64,000 bases of DNA from Pseudomonadales bacterium (GCA_965659815.1 CBFHXO010000004.1:181-64180), one strand, 5' to 3'; shown: positions 29,376-39,925, numbered from the stretch's first letter. A program made the numbers and translations. Notes: generated from the sequence alone by a model not told the origin.

Positions 29376-31028
29376 ATGTCAGCCGTTAAACGAAACGACC
29401 CCTGCCCTTGCGGCAGTGGCAAAAAATATAAAAAATGCTGCCTGCTTAACGAGGGCCAGCCAAGCGCCAATGGTTCAAAATCAAACCTGGGGCAATCCAC
29501 TGTCGATATTCGCCAACTGCGCAACACAGCCATTGGCTTTCACCGCCAGGGCAACTTCGCTTCTGCAGTCGCCTTGTATCGCCAGGTTATTGAACACAAC
29601 AATGACGATGTCGACGTTCTGTTTGAACTAGGTCGCCTGCAAGGCATGCTAAACGAGGTCAACTCACAAGGGCTGCAAGAAGGCATTGACTGCCTGACAA
29701 CATCCGTGCGGCTAAGACCTCAAGACCTTGAATCGCATATTGAGCTGGCCAAAGTCTTAAATAAAAACTTTTCTGCGCAGGCCGTGCTTGAGCACACCGA
29801 CGTCGCACTAAAACGCTTTCCGGATAATCTAGCGCTTATCTCCCAGCGCGCCACGGCGCTCATTCAACTGAACCATCTTGAGGCGGCTAAAACACTGCTT
29901 GAGCATGCCCAGCAACTCAGCCCAAACAGGGCCGATATTGTGCTATCGCTGGCAAAAACCTTAACGGGCCTTAAATTGTTTGATGCCGCGTATGAAAAAT
30001 TACAGGCGCTACTCGAACACGATAAAACAACAGCGGCAGATAAAATATTTATTTACTATGCGCTTGGCGCCGTTGAAGATAAACGCAAAAACTACCCACA
30101 GGCCTTTGATAATTTTAGCCGAGCAGGACAATACCAGCTAGCGTCACCGGAGTGCCAACATTGGTCGGCCGCGTCTGACATTAAGACCATTGAGCAGTTT
30201 AGTGACACGTTTGCGGCCACGAAACCGGCCACAGCAAGCACTGAAAACCCCAACAGCTGCGCATTGGTTTTTTTAATTGGCTTTCCGCGTTCAGGTACAA
30301 CGCTAACCGAGCAGGCGCTGGCCGCGCACAGTAAAATCAACACCTCAGAAGAACGCCCTATTCTTGGCAATGCGATTGGCAGCGTATTTGCGCGCCATAA
30401 TGCCAGCTACGAAAACAATGCGCTGGGTATATTTAATCGATTAACCCAAAACGATATTGCCTTGGTGAGAGAAAATTATTGGCAGCAGGTCGATAGCAAT
30501 CACCGCGGCGAAGGCTCGGTTTATATTGATAAGCTGCCGCTTAATATTAATCATATTGCCTGGATACAGGCAGTTTTTCCCGAGGCGCGTATTATTCTCG
30601 CGCTACGCGACCCAAGAGATGCCTGCCTCAGCTGCTTTTTTCAGCACTTTGCCCCCAACACTGCCATGAACCATTTTCTTAGCTGGCCCGGCACGACAGG
30701 CTATTACGCCAAAGTGATGTCACAATGGCTAGTAGCAAAACCGGTGCTGACAAATCAATGGATAGAAACGCGCTATGAAGACACGGTAGAAGACGCAACC
30801 GCGCAATTGAAAAAACTGATCGAATTTATGTCGCTGGAATGGGAACCCGACATGATGAATTACCGCGACCAATTGGCTGACCGGTCGATTCCCACACCCA
30901 GTAATGCCGCTATCCGCCAACCCATTAATCGCCAAGCCCTGGCACGCTGGAAAAATTACCCCGAAGCCACCACTGCGGCGCGGCAAGATCTTGAACCGCT
31001 GGTCACCGCCTTTGGTTACCAGTGGTAA
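29376..31028 (+). CDS. SEC-C motif / TPR-repeat / sulfotransferase fusion protein
   Basis: 550 aa. N-terminal DPCPCGSGKKYKKCC (SEC-C zinc motif), central TPR-like repeats, and C-terminal sulfotransferase motifs GFPRSGTTL (5'-PSB) and LRDPRDACLSCF (3'-PB-like). Confidence 0.8.
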   Translation: MSAVKRNDPCPCGSGKKYKKCCLLNEGQPSANGSKSNLGQSTVDIRQLRNTAIGFHRQGNFASAVALYRQVIEHNNDDVDVLFELGRLQGMLNEVNSQGLQEGIDCLTTSVRLRPQDLESHIELAKVLNKNFSAQAVLEHTDVALKRFPDNLALISQRATALIQLNHLEAAKTLLEHAQQLSPNRADIVLSLAKTLTGLKLFDAAYEKLQALLEHDKTTAADKIFIYYALGAVEDKRKNYPQAFDNFSRAGQYQLASPECQHWSAASDIKTIEQFSDTFAATKPATASTENPNSCALVFLIGFPRSGTTLTEQALAAHSKINTSEERPILGNAIGSVFARHNASYENNALGIFNRLTQNDIALVRENYWQQVDSNHRGEGSVYIDKLPLNINHIAWIQAVFPEARIILALRDPRDACLSCFFQHFAPNTAMNHFLSWPGTTGYYAKVMSQWLVAKPVLTNQWIETRYEDTVEDATAQLKKLIEFMSLEWEPDMMNYRDQLADRSIPTPSNAAIRQPINRQALARWKNYPEATTAARQDLEPLVTAFGYQW

Positions 31029-31057
31029 TTACGGCCGGGTAATAGTCATGGCGTTCG

Positions 31058-32524
31058 TTATTGCTCGCCGTAGTCGAACCAACGTCGGCGATCGTTAGCC
31101 AATAAATCTACCGACTCAGAAGGCCCCCAACTACCCGCGCTATAGCGCGTTATCGATTGCCCGGTTTTATTCCAGCCATCGATAATGCCATCGACCCAAT
31201 CCCAGGCAGCGCGCAACTCATCCGAACGCATAAATAGCGTTTGGTCGGAACGAATAACATCGAGCAACAGGCGCTCATACGCGCTGGGTGAGCGATGCTC
31301 GTCAAATACTGCATCAAACGATAAATCTAAACCCACGCTTTGCAAACGCGTTTGTTCGGTTAGCCCCGGCACCTTATTCACCAGCTTCATTTCAATACCT
31401 TCGTTAGGCTGCAGGCGAATAATAAGCTGGTTGTCGGCAAGACGGCCACTGCTGGCGTCAAACAAGCGGTGCACCACCGGTTTAAACTGAATAACAATTT
31501 CGGAGTAACGTTCACGCAAACGCTTACCGGTACGCAAATAAAACGGCACACCCTGCCAGCGCGAATTTTCAATTTCGGCTTTAATAGCAACAAACGATTC
31601 AGTTGACGACTTTTCTTGACTGGCATCGTCTTCTTGTAAATAACCTACGACGTCTTGCTGATTGATTGCGCCGGACACGTATTGTCCCTTCACCGTGACA
31701 TGATCAACATCATGTCTAGCAATAGGCTTAAGACAGCGTAGGACTTTGAGTTTTTCATCGCGCACAAAATCGGGCAGGTTTTTGGCTGGCGGCTCCATAC
31801 TCACCAGGCAAAGCAATTGCAGTAAATGGTTTTGCACCATATCGCGCAGTGCACCGGCCTGGTCGTAGAACTTCCAGCGACCGCCAGCACCGACCGTTTC
31901 GGCCACGGTAATTTGCACGTGGTCAATAAAATTCCGATTCCATAGCGGCTCAAATAAAACATTCGCAAAACGTAGCGCCAATAAGTTCTGGACTGTCTCC
32001 TTACCCAGGTAGTGATCAATTCGGTAAATTTGCTCTTCCTTAAATACTGCACGCACGTGATCATTGATTTGGTCAAAACTTTCGCGCGACTCACCCAGTG
32101 GTTTTTCAACCACAATGCGCGTGTCATCGCGAACCAGTTTAGCGGTGTCGAGCGCTTGGCATATCGGCGAAAAAATCGATGGTGGGGTAGACAGGTATAT
32201 CACAAACTCTTCATTACTGAGCTGCTGCTTGAGCTCCGTATACGAGTTGGGGTCGGTAGCGTCGCCAACAAAGTGAATCACCCGCTCACTAAAACGTTGC
32301 CAGATGTCCTCCTGGACATTCTGGGTATATTCGCTTTTTTCAATCCAGCTGCGCATATTGGCGAGAAACTCCTGATCGGAGAATTTGCCACGACAAAAGC
32401 TAATCACTTTGGTGCTGGGTGATAACAGGTTTTCGCAATCGAGCGTAAATAAAGCAGGAAAAAGTTTGCGAAACGCCAAATCACCTTCGCCACCAATAAT
32501 GATGACATCGCAATGGATATTCAT
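31058..32524 (-). CDS. zwf: glucose-6-phosphate 1-dehydrogenase
   Basis: 488 aa. GGEGDLAFRKL (NADP site) and RIDHYLGKE (active-site signature). Confidence 0.96.
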   Translation of the reverse strand: MNIHCDVIIIGGEGDLAFRKLFPALFTLDCENLLSPSTKVISFCRGKFSDQEFLANMRSWIEKSEYTQNVQEDIWQRFSERVIHFVGDATDPNSYTELKQQLSNEEFVIYLSTPPSIFSPICQALDTAKLVRDDTRIVVEKPLGESRESFDQINDHVRAVFKEEQIYRIDHYLGKETVQNLLALRFANVLFEPLWNRNFIDHVQITVAETVGAGGRWKFYDQAGALRDMVQNHLLQLLCLVSMEPPAKNLPDFVRDEKLKVLRCLKPIARHDVDHVTVKGQYVSGAINQQDVVGYLQEDDASQEKSSTESFVAIKAEIENSRWQGVPFYLRTGKRLRERYSEIVIQFKPVVHRLFDASSGRLADNQLIIRLQPNEGIEMKLVNKVPGLTEQTRLQSVGLDLSFDAVFDEHRSPSAYERLLLDVIRSDQTLFMRSDELRAAWDWVDGIIDGWNKTGQSITRYSAGSWGPSESVDLLANDRRRWFDYGEQ

Positions 32525-32738
32525 TGTTTGTTGTTCTCAAATGTTCGTGAAAAAAATGTGTGTGAAAAAGCCAATTGCAGCCGCGCAGCCAAAGCACTGA
32601 TAATCACTTTTCATCAGTATTGCAAAGGACGGGATTATAAGGGAATTTTGTGCGGCGAAGCGGCCAATTTCGAGGTCAAATTACCTAATGGGTAGTCTGG
32701 GCCAGCCGCAAATTTGGCTTACAGAACAACCGCTCCAC

Positions 32739-33503
32739 CTAGATTGTTAAACCACCATCAACCACTATGCACTCGCCATTGGTATAGCTAGCAGCATCCG
32801 ATACCAGGTACAGCACCGTACCGGCCATTTCAGCTGGCTCGGCATGCCGATTCATTGGGACTCCCTGTATAGCCGAAGCGTAAATGTCTTTATTATCAAA
32901 TAGCGCACCGGCAAATTTAGTTTTGGTAATGCCCGGCAACAAGGCATTCACACGAATACCGTGTTGCGCACACTCCTTGGCAAAAGACTTGGTCATATTG
33001 ACAACAGCGGCTTTGGTGATTGAATAAATACCTTGCGCCAAACCCGGCTGCAAAGCATTGACCGAAGCCGTATTGACGATGCTACCACCGCCGTGTTCAC
33101 GCATTAAACGCCCGGCCTCAACCGACATAAAGAAGTAACCGCGGATATTCACATCAACCGTTTTGTTATACGCACCCAGGTCAGTATCGAGAATATCGCC
33201 AAAGTAAGGGTTGGCCGCGGCGTTATTAACCAAAATATCGAGCCGACCGTGCTGCTGTTTAATATGCTGAAAAATATTACTGATATCGTCCATAGTGCCA
33301 ACATGACAGGCAAAGGCTTCGGCGCTACCGCCAGCCTCGGTAATTTTCGCGGCCACCGCTTTGCAACCATCAATTTTTCTGCTGGAAACAATCACATGCG
33401 CGCCTTGCTCTGCCAGCAATTTAGCAATCTCTTCGCCAATGCCACGGCTAGCACCAGTGACCAGTGCAATTTTTCCTGTCAGGTCGAACAAATCAGTACT
33501 CAC
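32739..33503 (-). CDS. SDR-family oxidoreductase
   Basis: TGASRGIG, NNAA and YSITKAA motifs. The likely start is GTG at 33503, with GGAG 8 nt upstream; the track ORF extends to 33524. Confidence 0.85.
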   Translation of the reverse strand: MSTDLFDLTGKIALVTGASRGIGEEIAKLLAEQGAHVIVSSRKIDGCKAVAAKITEAGGSAEAFACHVGTMDDISNIFQHIKQQHGRLDILVNNAAANPYFGDILDTDLGAYNKTVDVNIRGYFFMSVEAGRLMREHGGGSIVNTASVNALQPGLAQGIYSITKAAVVNMTKSFAKECAQHGIRVNALLPGITKTKFAGALFDNKDIYASAIQGVPMNRHAEPAEMAGTVLYLVSDAASYTNGECIVVDGGLTI

Positions 33504-33760
33504 TCGGTAAACTCCACATGACATTTAGCTAGATATTCAGCTAGCCATTTAGTTAAACAATAAAAACACAAAAGTCGGCATTGTTTCATACAAAGCCGTC
33601 ACAGGGTAATTTTAATTGAGAATTAGCCAGCTGTAGTAAGAATGATAGTTGTGCAAAAAAATGTATTGGCCATGCGCGCGCCACCGTGAAGCAATACATA
33701 AGTCGTCATTGTATTATCTCAACGTTCTTTTACTGTCTATTTACCGCTTATGGACGGACA

Positions 33761-35674
33761 TTAAGGCTTGTACCCTATGGCCGAGGTTACCGCCCGCTCT
33801 TGTAAATAGTTAGGCTCTGGTGCTACTAAGCCTAAGGCTTTGGCATCGTAAGTTGACCAACGCGGGGTAGGAATTTCAATCACCCGAGCGTAGTAAAAAG
33901 CCGCTTGTGCGGGGTTAAATTCGGGATCCTGCCAAACCGCTGCCAATTGTACTGAGCCAATACTGTTTTCATAGCTGGCGTTAGCAACATCAACCGTATT
34001 ACCCACCGATGGCAGCTTGCCGTTGTTGTCTGGCGCCCGCTCACCGGCCCAGGCTATATCGAATACGCGCTCCTGCGAAATACCCTTGCTGTTAACCCAG
34101 CCCTTAACAATTTGAATGCGGTCGAGGTTGGCACCGTCGGGATCGCGACTGGCAAAAACAACAAAGCGCGGCGAGGCTTGAGCTGCAGCTTCAGGTAGAT
34201 CACTTGCTTGACTATCAATACTCGGTAGTTCACCGCCCATGGCCACCCCCCCTGCTTGCGCCTTAGCAAGCCAATCAGGCTCATCAAGCAGTTGAGCGCT
34301 GTACTGCCAACCGCCATAAAAACGCACGGCAATACGTGGCCCTGAGGTTGAATATGTTTCCTTGCGCCGCATAGCGTCGAACAATGCATCACGGGTATTC
34401 TCTTCAGCCCATACTGCGGCGAGGCCCGCAGCACTCCAAGGCTTACCACCAGGCATATCTTCTGGTAAATACACGCTGGTACGCAAACGAATACCGGCAC
34501 TGCCATCGAGCAATGGCAGCTTGCCATGGTAGCTATCCTCCTCCACTGGCGAGCTGGCATTATGACCGTCAGAGCTGCCGATCACACCAAAACGATAAGG
34601 ATTAAAACCTTCGCTATGCGACATTTCAATGCCTGTCCGTAATGCATCGCGAATATAACTGCCCTCTGGTTGCGATGCTTTACCATCGCGCGATAATTTA
34701 GTTGCGTAAAGTTCAAAGCCAGCAAACTCATCGTCTGGCGACAGTGCAGGATGCGTTTCAGACGAGCCTTTGACCTGGTAAATTTCGCTAATAGGCTCGT
34801 TTAACATTCGGCGCTGCGCATAATTGCTATTCATTGCCTCGCCATCAAACATCACACTGTCATACATCACACCGTCACTCACATTGCCATTATGCGGAAT
34901 AGCAAAATTGTCCATGCCCTGCTCGCGCTGTGATTCCAGCGCAGCCCATAAATCGCGCGGGTCTTCTGAATTTACAGAGCTATAAGGAATTTCAGGAACC
35001 TGAATACCACGATAAATAACATTGCGGTGCAGGTTGCGCCCCTGCGGCATTGAACTCCACTCGTAAGCGACAAAGGTGGTAAAGCGACCGGGGGAATTAT
35101 GCCGTTCGGCGGCATCCACCATTTCGCGCCAGGCGGCACTGGTATGCTGCCGCCAATTACTGGCGTCGACATTTTCCAGGCTAAAGGTCAATGTTGAGCG
35201 CAGCATGGTAAAGGTATTAGACAGCGGCCCATCATTGTTTAAACGCGTTTTAAAACTGCGCTTATTCAGTGGCAAATCAGGCTGGGTTGCGCGCAATAAC
35301 CCCAGATATTCTGAATGATCAGTCACCGCAGCAAAATCCAGCGGTCGCTTGAGTTGAATACCATAACCTCCGGCATGTTCTATTTCACCACCGCGAGTAA
35401 AAGTATACGCATCGTCCGGTGTCGCCCGCACACCCATGGTGTATGCATCGGTCGAGTAACTGGTGTGAATATGCAGGTCGCCCCAGTAAACATTACGCTG
35501 CGGGTTAAATTCACTCACAGGTTTGTCCGGAATAGCTGTGGCGGTTGCTGGGTTAAACGCGGGCGACAAGCTGGGGTCTTCAACCGGCCCACAAGCCTGT
35601 AGGCTTAGTACGCTTAGAAACAAAACGACTTTAATGGTATTAGAAAATAACTTAGGCAGCTGCAATATCATCAT
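33761..35674 (-). CDS. DUF3604-family (PHP-like metal-dependent) lipoprotein
   Basis: 637 aa. Lipobox LSLQAC and N-terminal YWGDLHIHTSYSTDAY metal-binding motif, assigned to DUF3604 from recall. Confidence 0.7.
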   Translation of the reverse strand: MMILQLPKLFSNTIKVVLFLSVLSLQACGPVEDPSLSPAFNPATATAIPDKPVSEFNPQRNVYWGDLHIHTSYSTDAYTMGVRATPDDAYTFTRGGEIEHAGGYGIQLKRPLDFAAVTDHSEYLGLLRATQPDLPLNKRSFKTRLNNDGPLSNTFTMLRSTLTFSLENVDASNWRQHTSAAWREMVDAAERHNSPGRFTTFVAYEWSSMPQGRNLHRNVIYRGIQVPEIPYSSVNSEDPRDLWAALESQREQGMDNFAIPHNGNVSDGVMYDSVMFDGEAMNSNYAQRRMLNEPISEIYQVKGSSETHPALSPDDEFAGFELYATKLSRDGKASQPEGSYIRDALRTGIEMSHSEGFNPYRFGVIGSSDGHNASSPVEEDSYHGKLPLLDGSAGIRLRTSVYLPEDMPGGKPWSAAGLAAVWAEENTRDALFDAMRRKETYSTSGPRIAVRFYGGWQYSAQLLDEPDWLAKAQAGGVAMGGELPSIDSQASDLPEAAAQASPRFVVFASRDPDGANLDRIQIVKGWVNSKGISQERVFDIAWAGERAPDNNGKLPSVGNTVDVANASYENSIGSVQLAAVWQDPEFNPAQAAFYYARVIEIPTPRWSTYDAKALGLVAPEPNYLQERAVTSAIGYKP

Positions 35675-35803
35675 TTAACTTCCATTAACTATTATTGTGG
35701 TTTTACTTCTATCTTTAACGCAAAGCGCAAAGCATACGCCAAAGTGTTTGTAAGGATTATTAACATGCTGATAAAAGCAAAGCCCGCACCGCAGGTTTAG
35801 CAA

Positions 35804-36658
35804 TCAGTACATCGAACGTGCTACCCAAAGCAATAGAAAGGTGCCGATATACATGGTAAGACCATACACCCCGGCCGCAGTGGCAAAGGCTGGTGTGTTT
35901 AAAAACGTTACCGCAATAAGAATGGCGGTTGACACATTTTGAATACCCACCTCAATACTTAATGTCACGCCATCGCGTGCAGAAAGTTTAAAGCCATAAG
36001 CAAGTGCCACACCCACTGCAATTGCTACCAGGTTTAACGCCAGTGTCGCAGCAAACATTTGCGAAAATGACGAGACCAGGATATCCCGCTCCTGAATGAG
36101 TATGGCAATAATCATTAACAACATAAAACCCGCCGAAAAGCGCTGGAAAAAGGCCTCACTACGAATCGAAGGTTCGGGGAATTTGCTGCGCACGGCAACC
36201 CCGAGCACTACAGGTACAACCGTTACCGCAAACAAACTGGCCGAAGTTGCCAATAACGAAAATGACGTATTACCTTGCTCTCCGAACGCGTCAATGGCAA
36301 ATTGAATAACCAACGGTGTGGTAAAGATACAAATAACGGTAGTCACTGCTGTTAAGCTCACCGACAAAGCCAGGTTTGCCCTGGCTAAATGGCTAATAAT
36401 ATTGGATACCGTGCCACCCGGACACGCAGACATAATCATTAACCCGATGGCTAAATGACTCGATAAATCAAAGGCGATCGCAATGCCATAGGCGATGAGT
36501 GGCAAGCACAACAACTGACCCAATAAACCGACAAATATCGGTCGTGGCATTTTAAATAGCCGAACAAAATCAGCAATAGTTAGGCTTAAACCCATACCAA
36601 ACATAATTAGCGCAAGCAATGCAGGCAAAAGAATTGAAGTGAGAAAAGAAGCTTCCAT
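35804..36658 (-). CDS. bile acid:sodium symporter (BASS) family transporter
   Basis: 284 aa polytopic protein. Motifs MSACPGGTVSN and IEVGIQN are typical of the BASS/SBF family. Confidence 0.85.
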   Translation of the reverse strand: MEASFLTSILLPALLALIMFGMGLSLTIADFVRLFKMPRPIFVGLLGQLLCLPLIAYGIAIAFDLSSHLAIGLMIMSACPGGTVSNIISHLARANLALSVSLTAVTTVICIFTTPLVIQFAIDAFGEQGNTSFSLLATSASLFAVTVVPVVLGVAVRSKFPEPSIRSEAFFQRFSAGFMLLMIIAILIQERDILVSSFSQMFAATLALNLVAIAVGVALAYGFKLSARDGVTLSIEVGIQNVSTAILIAVTFLNTPAFATAAGVYGLTMYIGTFLLLWVARSMY

Positions 36659-36683
36659 AGAATCGTGTTATATAGAATATGGG

Positions 36684-37760
36684 TTACAAAGGCTCAGCAA
36701 CGGCAGCGATATCGCCGGTTTTAACCAAGTTCAAAAACGCCAAACCCAGAGCTTCGCTTTTTTCTTTGGCAATGGTCCAGCGCCTTATGCGCTCATTATC
36801 ATTATCGCTAAAGCGATAAAAATCATTTCTATCGGGAATTTCACCACCGGGCAAAGATGCAACAAATTCAGCGCTTGGGCTCACCAACACCACGTTATCC
36901 AACTGCTCGGCGGCAACTTTGCGCCAGGGAAAAAACTTATCGAACCAGCTCTCTTTTAAATAACGATAAAAATGTGGATACAACACCAGGCCTTGCCTGG
37001 TATCGATCACATTGGCTGGCACAGCGTGGTAATCCAATAAGCCGCCATCGCGGTAGATACCCGTGGGTGCCCCGGCAATGGCTGCTATCCCCGGCATAAT
37101 CACCGGAATCGAGCCCGACGATAATACGGCGGCAGTTAAGTTTTCTTTATCCAGTGCAATGGCATGCGTTTTAAAGCCATCACCACCAAAGCGATTATTC
37201 CAACCCGCCGCTAAACCCGAATAAAACACGGCTCGCTCTAGTGAGCCACGCAAATAGTGCCGACCCAGCAGTGCCTGCAAAAATGCCTTTACCATGGCCA
37301 GCTTTTGCGAGGTTTCTTTATCGCTGGCTAACCCGCCCAGACAGCGTACGCTGCCGCAACAATAGTTAAACCGTTCGCTCGTTAAAATTTCACCAATGCC
37401 CTGCTCGGTTAAAAACGCATCGAGAATAGCCAGGGTTTCACGATTGACCTTGGCGGGGTTAATTTCACCGTTGTACTGCTGGTTAATATAGGCATTGGCT
37501 AAGCGCGTAAGCGCAGTGGCGGGGTCGGACTGGGCGGCCGCTGCCAATTTAAATGCCCCCACTGACGTACCAAATAAATCGATTTTATGCTCGGCATTGA
37601 CCAACCATTGCGAGAATATTGCTTTATCGAGCCCGTAGATGGTTAACCATTTCGCCGCACCAGAGGCGCCAAAAACGGCAGCAATATCTTGCGCTGACAG
37701 GCCATTGGCTCGAATCTGCTGTAGCGCTTCGCTCCCTGCTAATATTTTTAATTCAGCCAT
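36684..37760 (-). CDS. patatin-like phospholipase family protein
   Basis: 358 aa. Oxyanion-like GASGAAKW, nucleophile elbow GTSVGAF (GxSxG), and a later DGG motif (YRDGGLLD). Confidence 0.7.
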   Translation of the reverse strand: MAELKILAGSEALQQIRANGLSAQDIAAVFGASGAAKWLTIYGLDKAIFSQWLVNAEHKIDLFGTSVGAFKLAAAAQSDPATALTRLANAYINQQYNGEINPAKVNRETLAILDAFLTEQGIGEILTSERFNYCCGSVRCLGGLASDKETSQKLAMVKAFLQALLGRHYLRGSLERAVFYSGLAAGWNNRFGGDGFKTHAIALDKENLTAAVLSSGSIPVIMPGIAAIAGAPTGIYRDGGLLDYHAVPANVIDTRQGLVLYPHFYRYLKESWFDKFFPWRKVAAEQLDNVVLVSPSAEFVASLPGGEIPDRNDFYRFSDNDNERIRRWTIAKEKSEALGLAFLNLVKTGDIAAVAEPL

Positions 37761-37845
37761 ACACTATTATTTTTACAAGCCCTTAAATTGCAGTTATTTC
37801 AGGGCATTCGCACAATCGCGAATACCCTAAAACAAAACAGCAAGT

Positions 37846-38394
37846 CTACGCCTGCTGGCTTAAATAATCGAGCATGGTGTCTGCATCACTCACCGTAAAA
37901 GGATCTTCAGGGCAATTATCCATCAACCCTGGCTCAACAAACTGTGCCTTAATAACACCATCAACCACATGCATAGAATAACGCCAGGAGCGATCACCAA
38001 AGCCAAGGTTGTCTTTTTTAACTAACATTCCCATTAAGCGGCTAAATTCGCAGTTGCCATCGGGCAGCATTTTTACTTTCTCAATACCCAACTGCTTGGC
38101 CCACTGATACATTGAAAAAGCATCATTCACACTCAGGCAATAAACCTCATCTACCCCCATGCTTTTAAATTGCTCATAGTTTTTTTCATACCCCGGTAAA
38201 TGCGTGCTCGAACAAGTGGGCGTAAACGCGCCTGGCAGCGCAAGCAAGACAATACTTTTGCCGCCAAAAATATCCGCCGAACTCACATCCTGCCAGCGAA
38301 ACGGATTTTCATGATCGATACTCTCATCGCGAATTCGGGTTTTAAAAACCACATCAGGTACCCGCGGGTGACTGTGCTGTGTCGATGCTTGCAT
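37846..38394 (-). CDS. peroxiredoxin (Prx5/PrxD type)
   Basis: PGAFTPTCS peroxidatic Cys motif. Start at the ATG preceded by GGAGG; the track ORF extends to 38478. Confidence 0.85.
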   Translation of the reverse strand: MQASTQHSHPRVPDVVFKTRIRDESIDHENPFRWQDVSSADIFGGKSIVLLALPGAFTPTCSSTHLPGYEKNYEQFKSMGVDEVYCLSVNDAFSMYQWAKQLGIEKVKMLPDGNCEFSRLMGMLVKKDNLGFGDRSWRYSMHVVDGVIKAQFVEPGLMDNCPEDPFTVSDADTMLDYLSQQA

Positions 38395-38657
38395 AAGGTT
38401 TTCCTCCATATCAATGTCAACTTGCTGCTGGCCGGTCGCAAGTTGCGATGACCTGGCAGCGAATAAGTGAATTATCAACGCCGATTTACAATAGGTAAAA
38501 TATATTTAATAAATTATAACGATAGCAATTAGCTATATTTGGCTATTCAGCAAAGAAATGGGCGCAAGGGATGATTCTTGGCCAACAGCTGCATAGAATG
38601 GTGCAGCGAATAACGCCTCATTGGGCGCAAGCACACAAACAAAGGTATACACCAATA

Positions 38658-39443
38658 ATGACTGATTTTAAAACACTGGAATTTCGCAGCGAAAACGGCA
38701 TTGCCACTATCACACTTAACCGCCCCGATGCGGCCAATGGACTTAACCCCGAGTTAGGCGCTGAACTTATCGAGTCTGCCAACCTTTGTGACAACGACCC
38801 TAGCGTTCGCGCTGTGGTGCTCTCAGCCAATGGTCGGTTCTTTTCTGTCGGTGGCGATATCAAAGCCATGGCGGGTTTTGGCGATGATGTAGGTAAGGGA
38901 ATTAAAGCGTTGGCCGATGGTTTGCATCGTGCGATCTCTACCTTTGCACGTATGAAAGCGCCATTAATTGTGGCAGTCAATGGTATGGCTGCAGGTGCAG
39001 GCTTTAGTATTGCCATTGCTGCCGACTACGTAATCGCCTCGGATGCTGCTGCGTTTACCATGGCCTATTCCAAGGCCGGTTTAAGCCCTGATGGTAGCTC
39101 ATCGTATTACTTACCCAGGCTTATAGGCCTACGCCGGGCGCAGGAACTGATGTTAACCAATCGTGTACTCAGTGCCGCTGAAGCACAGGACTGGGGTTTA
39201 ATTAACGCCGTGGTACCGGCCGATGAACTTGCTGCAGAAGCGGATAAAATAGCGCAAACCATCATTGCGGCATCGCCCGAATCTAACCACTGCATTAAAC
39301 AGTTATTACTCGCGAGCTTTGATAACGGCCCCGAAACGCAAATGGAACTGGAAGGACGCTTTATTGCCGCCTGTGCCGCATCGGATAATGGCCGTGAGGG
39401 TGTGGCAGCATTTTTAGATAAGCGCAAGCCAGAGTTTAAATAG
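38658..39443 (+). CDS. enoyl-CoA hydratase/isomerase family protein
   Basis: Crotonase-fold motifs FFSVGGDIK and VNGMAAGAGFSIA. The start is at an internal ATG (MTDFKTLEF). Confidence 0.85.
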   Translation: MTDFKTLEFRSENGIATITLNRPDAANGLNPELGAELIESANLCDNDPSVRAVVLSANGRFFSVGGDIKAMAGFGDDVGKGIKALADGLHRAISTFARMKAPLIVAVNGMAAGAGFSIAIAADYVIASDAAAFTMAYSKAGLSPDGSSSYYLPRLIGLRRAQELMLTNRVLSAAEAQDWGLINAVVPADELAAEADKIAQTIIAASPESNHCIKQLLLASFDNGPETQMELEGRFIAACAASDNGREGVAAFLDKRKPEFK

Positions 39444-39635
39444 ATTTCTATTTGGTGTTTTTCTTTACTTGCTGCCCAGCCGAACACTAACTAACAGTTT
39501 GTTAATCGCAATACTTGAAAATTGCGGCGATTTGACTCCAATTATACAAACACGGCTACGACCCAGACTCCGGGTCGCATCGATTTACTGATAGCATAGT
39601 CATCCCCTAATAAGAAAACACTGGAGATAACTATC

Positions 39636-39925
39636 ATGTTAATCAGCACTCGAATTTATTCTCGTCTATTCACTTTACTACTATCATTTGCATTTGCCCA
39701 ATTCACGGCGGCAGACTTGATAACTGATATCAACTGGTTTTCTGGCGTGGCATAAGTGGCGGTAATGAGCCGGAATTTGCCTACGCGCATCATTATATTT
39801 TTCATATTGATGTCCCCGATGGCATAACCTCATTCACTCTGCGTCAACCCCACATTGCCAACCCAGTACAATTACCTGCAGCAGCATAATTGTTTATCAG
39901 TCAGCTTGAACTGGCTAAACGCAAC
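39636..39925 (+). pseudogene. possible decayed small secreted protein with a PEP-CTERM/VPLPA-like tail
   Basis: A 39-codon ORF with GGAG and a signal peptide (MLISTRIYSRLFTLLLSFAFAQFTAA) stops at 39753. A shifted frame continues ...FTLRQPHIANPVQLPAAA-TAA-LFISQLELAKRN, which resembles VPLPAAAWLF...RR. Confidence 0.25.
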
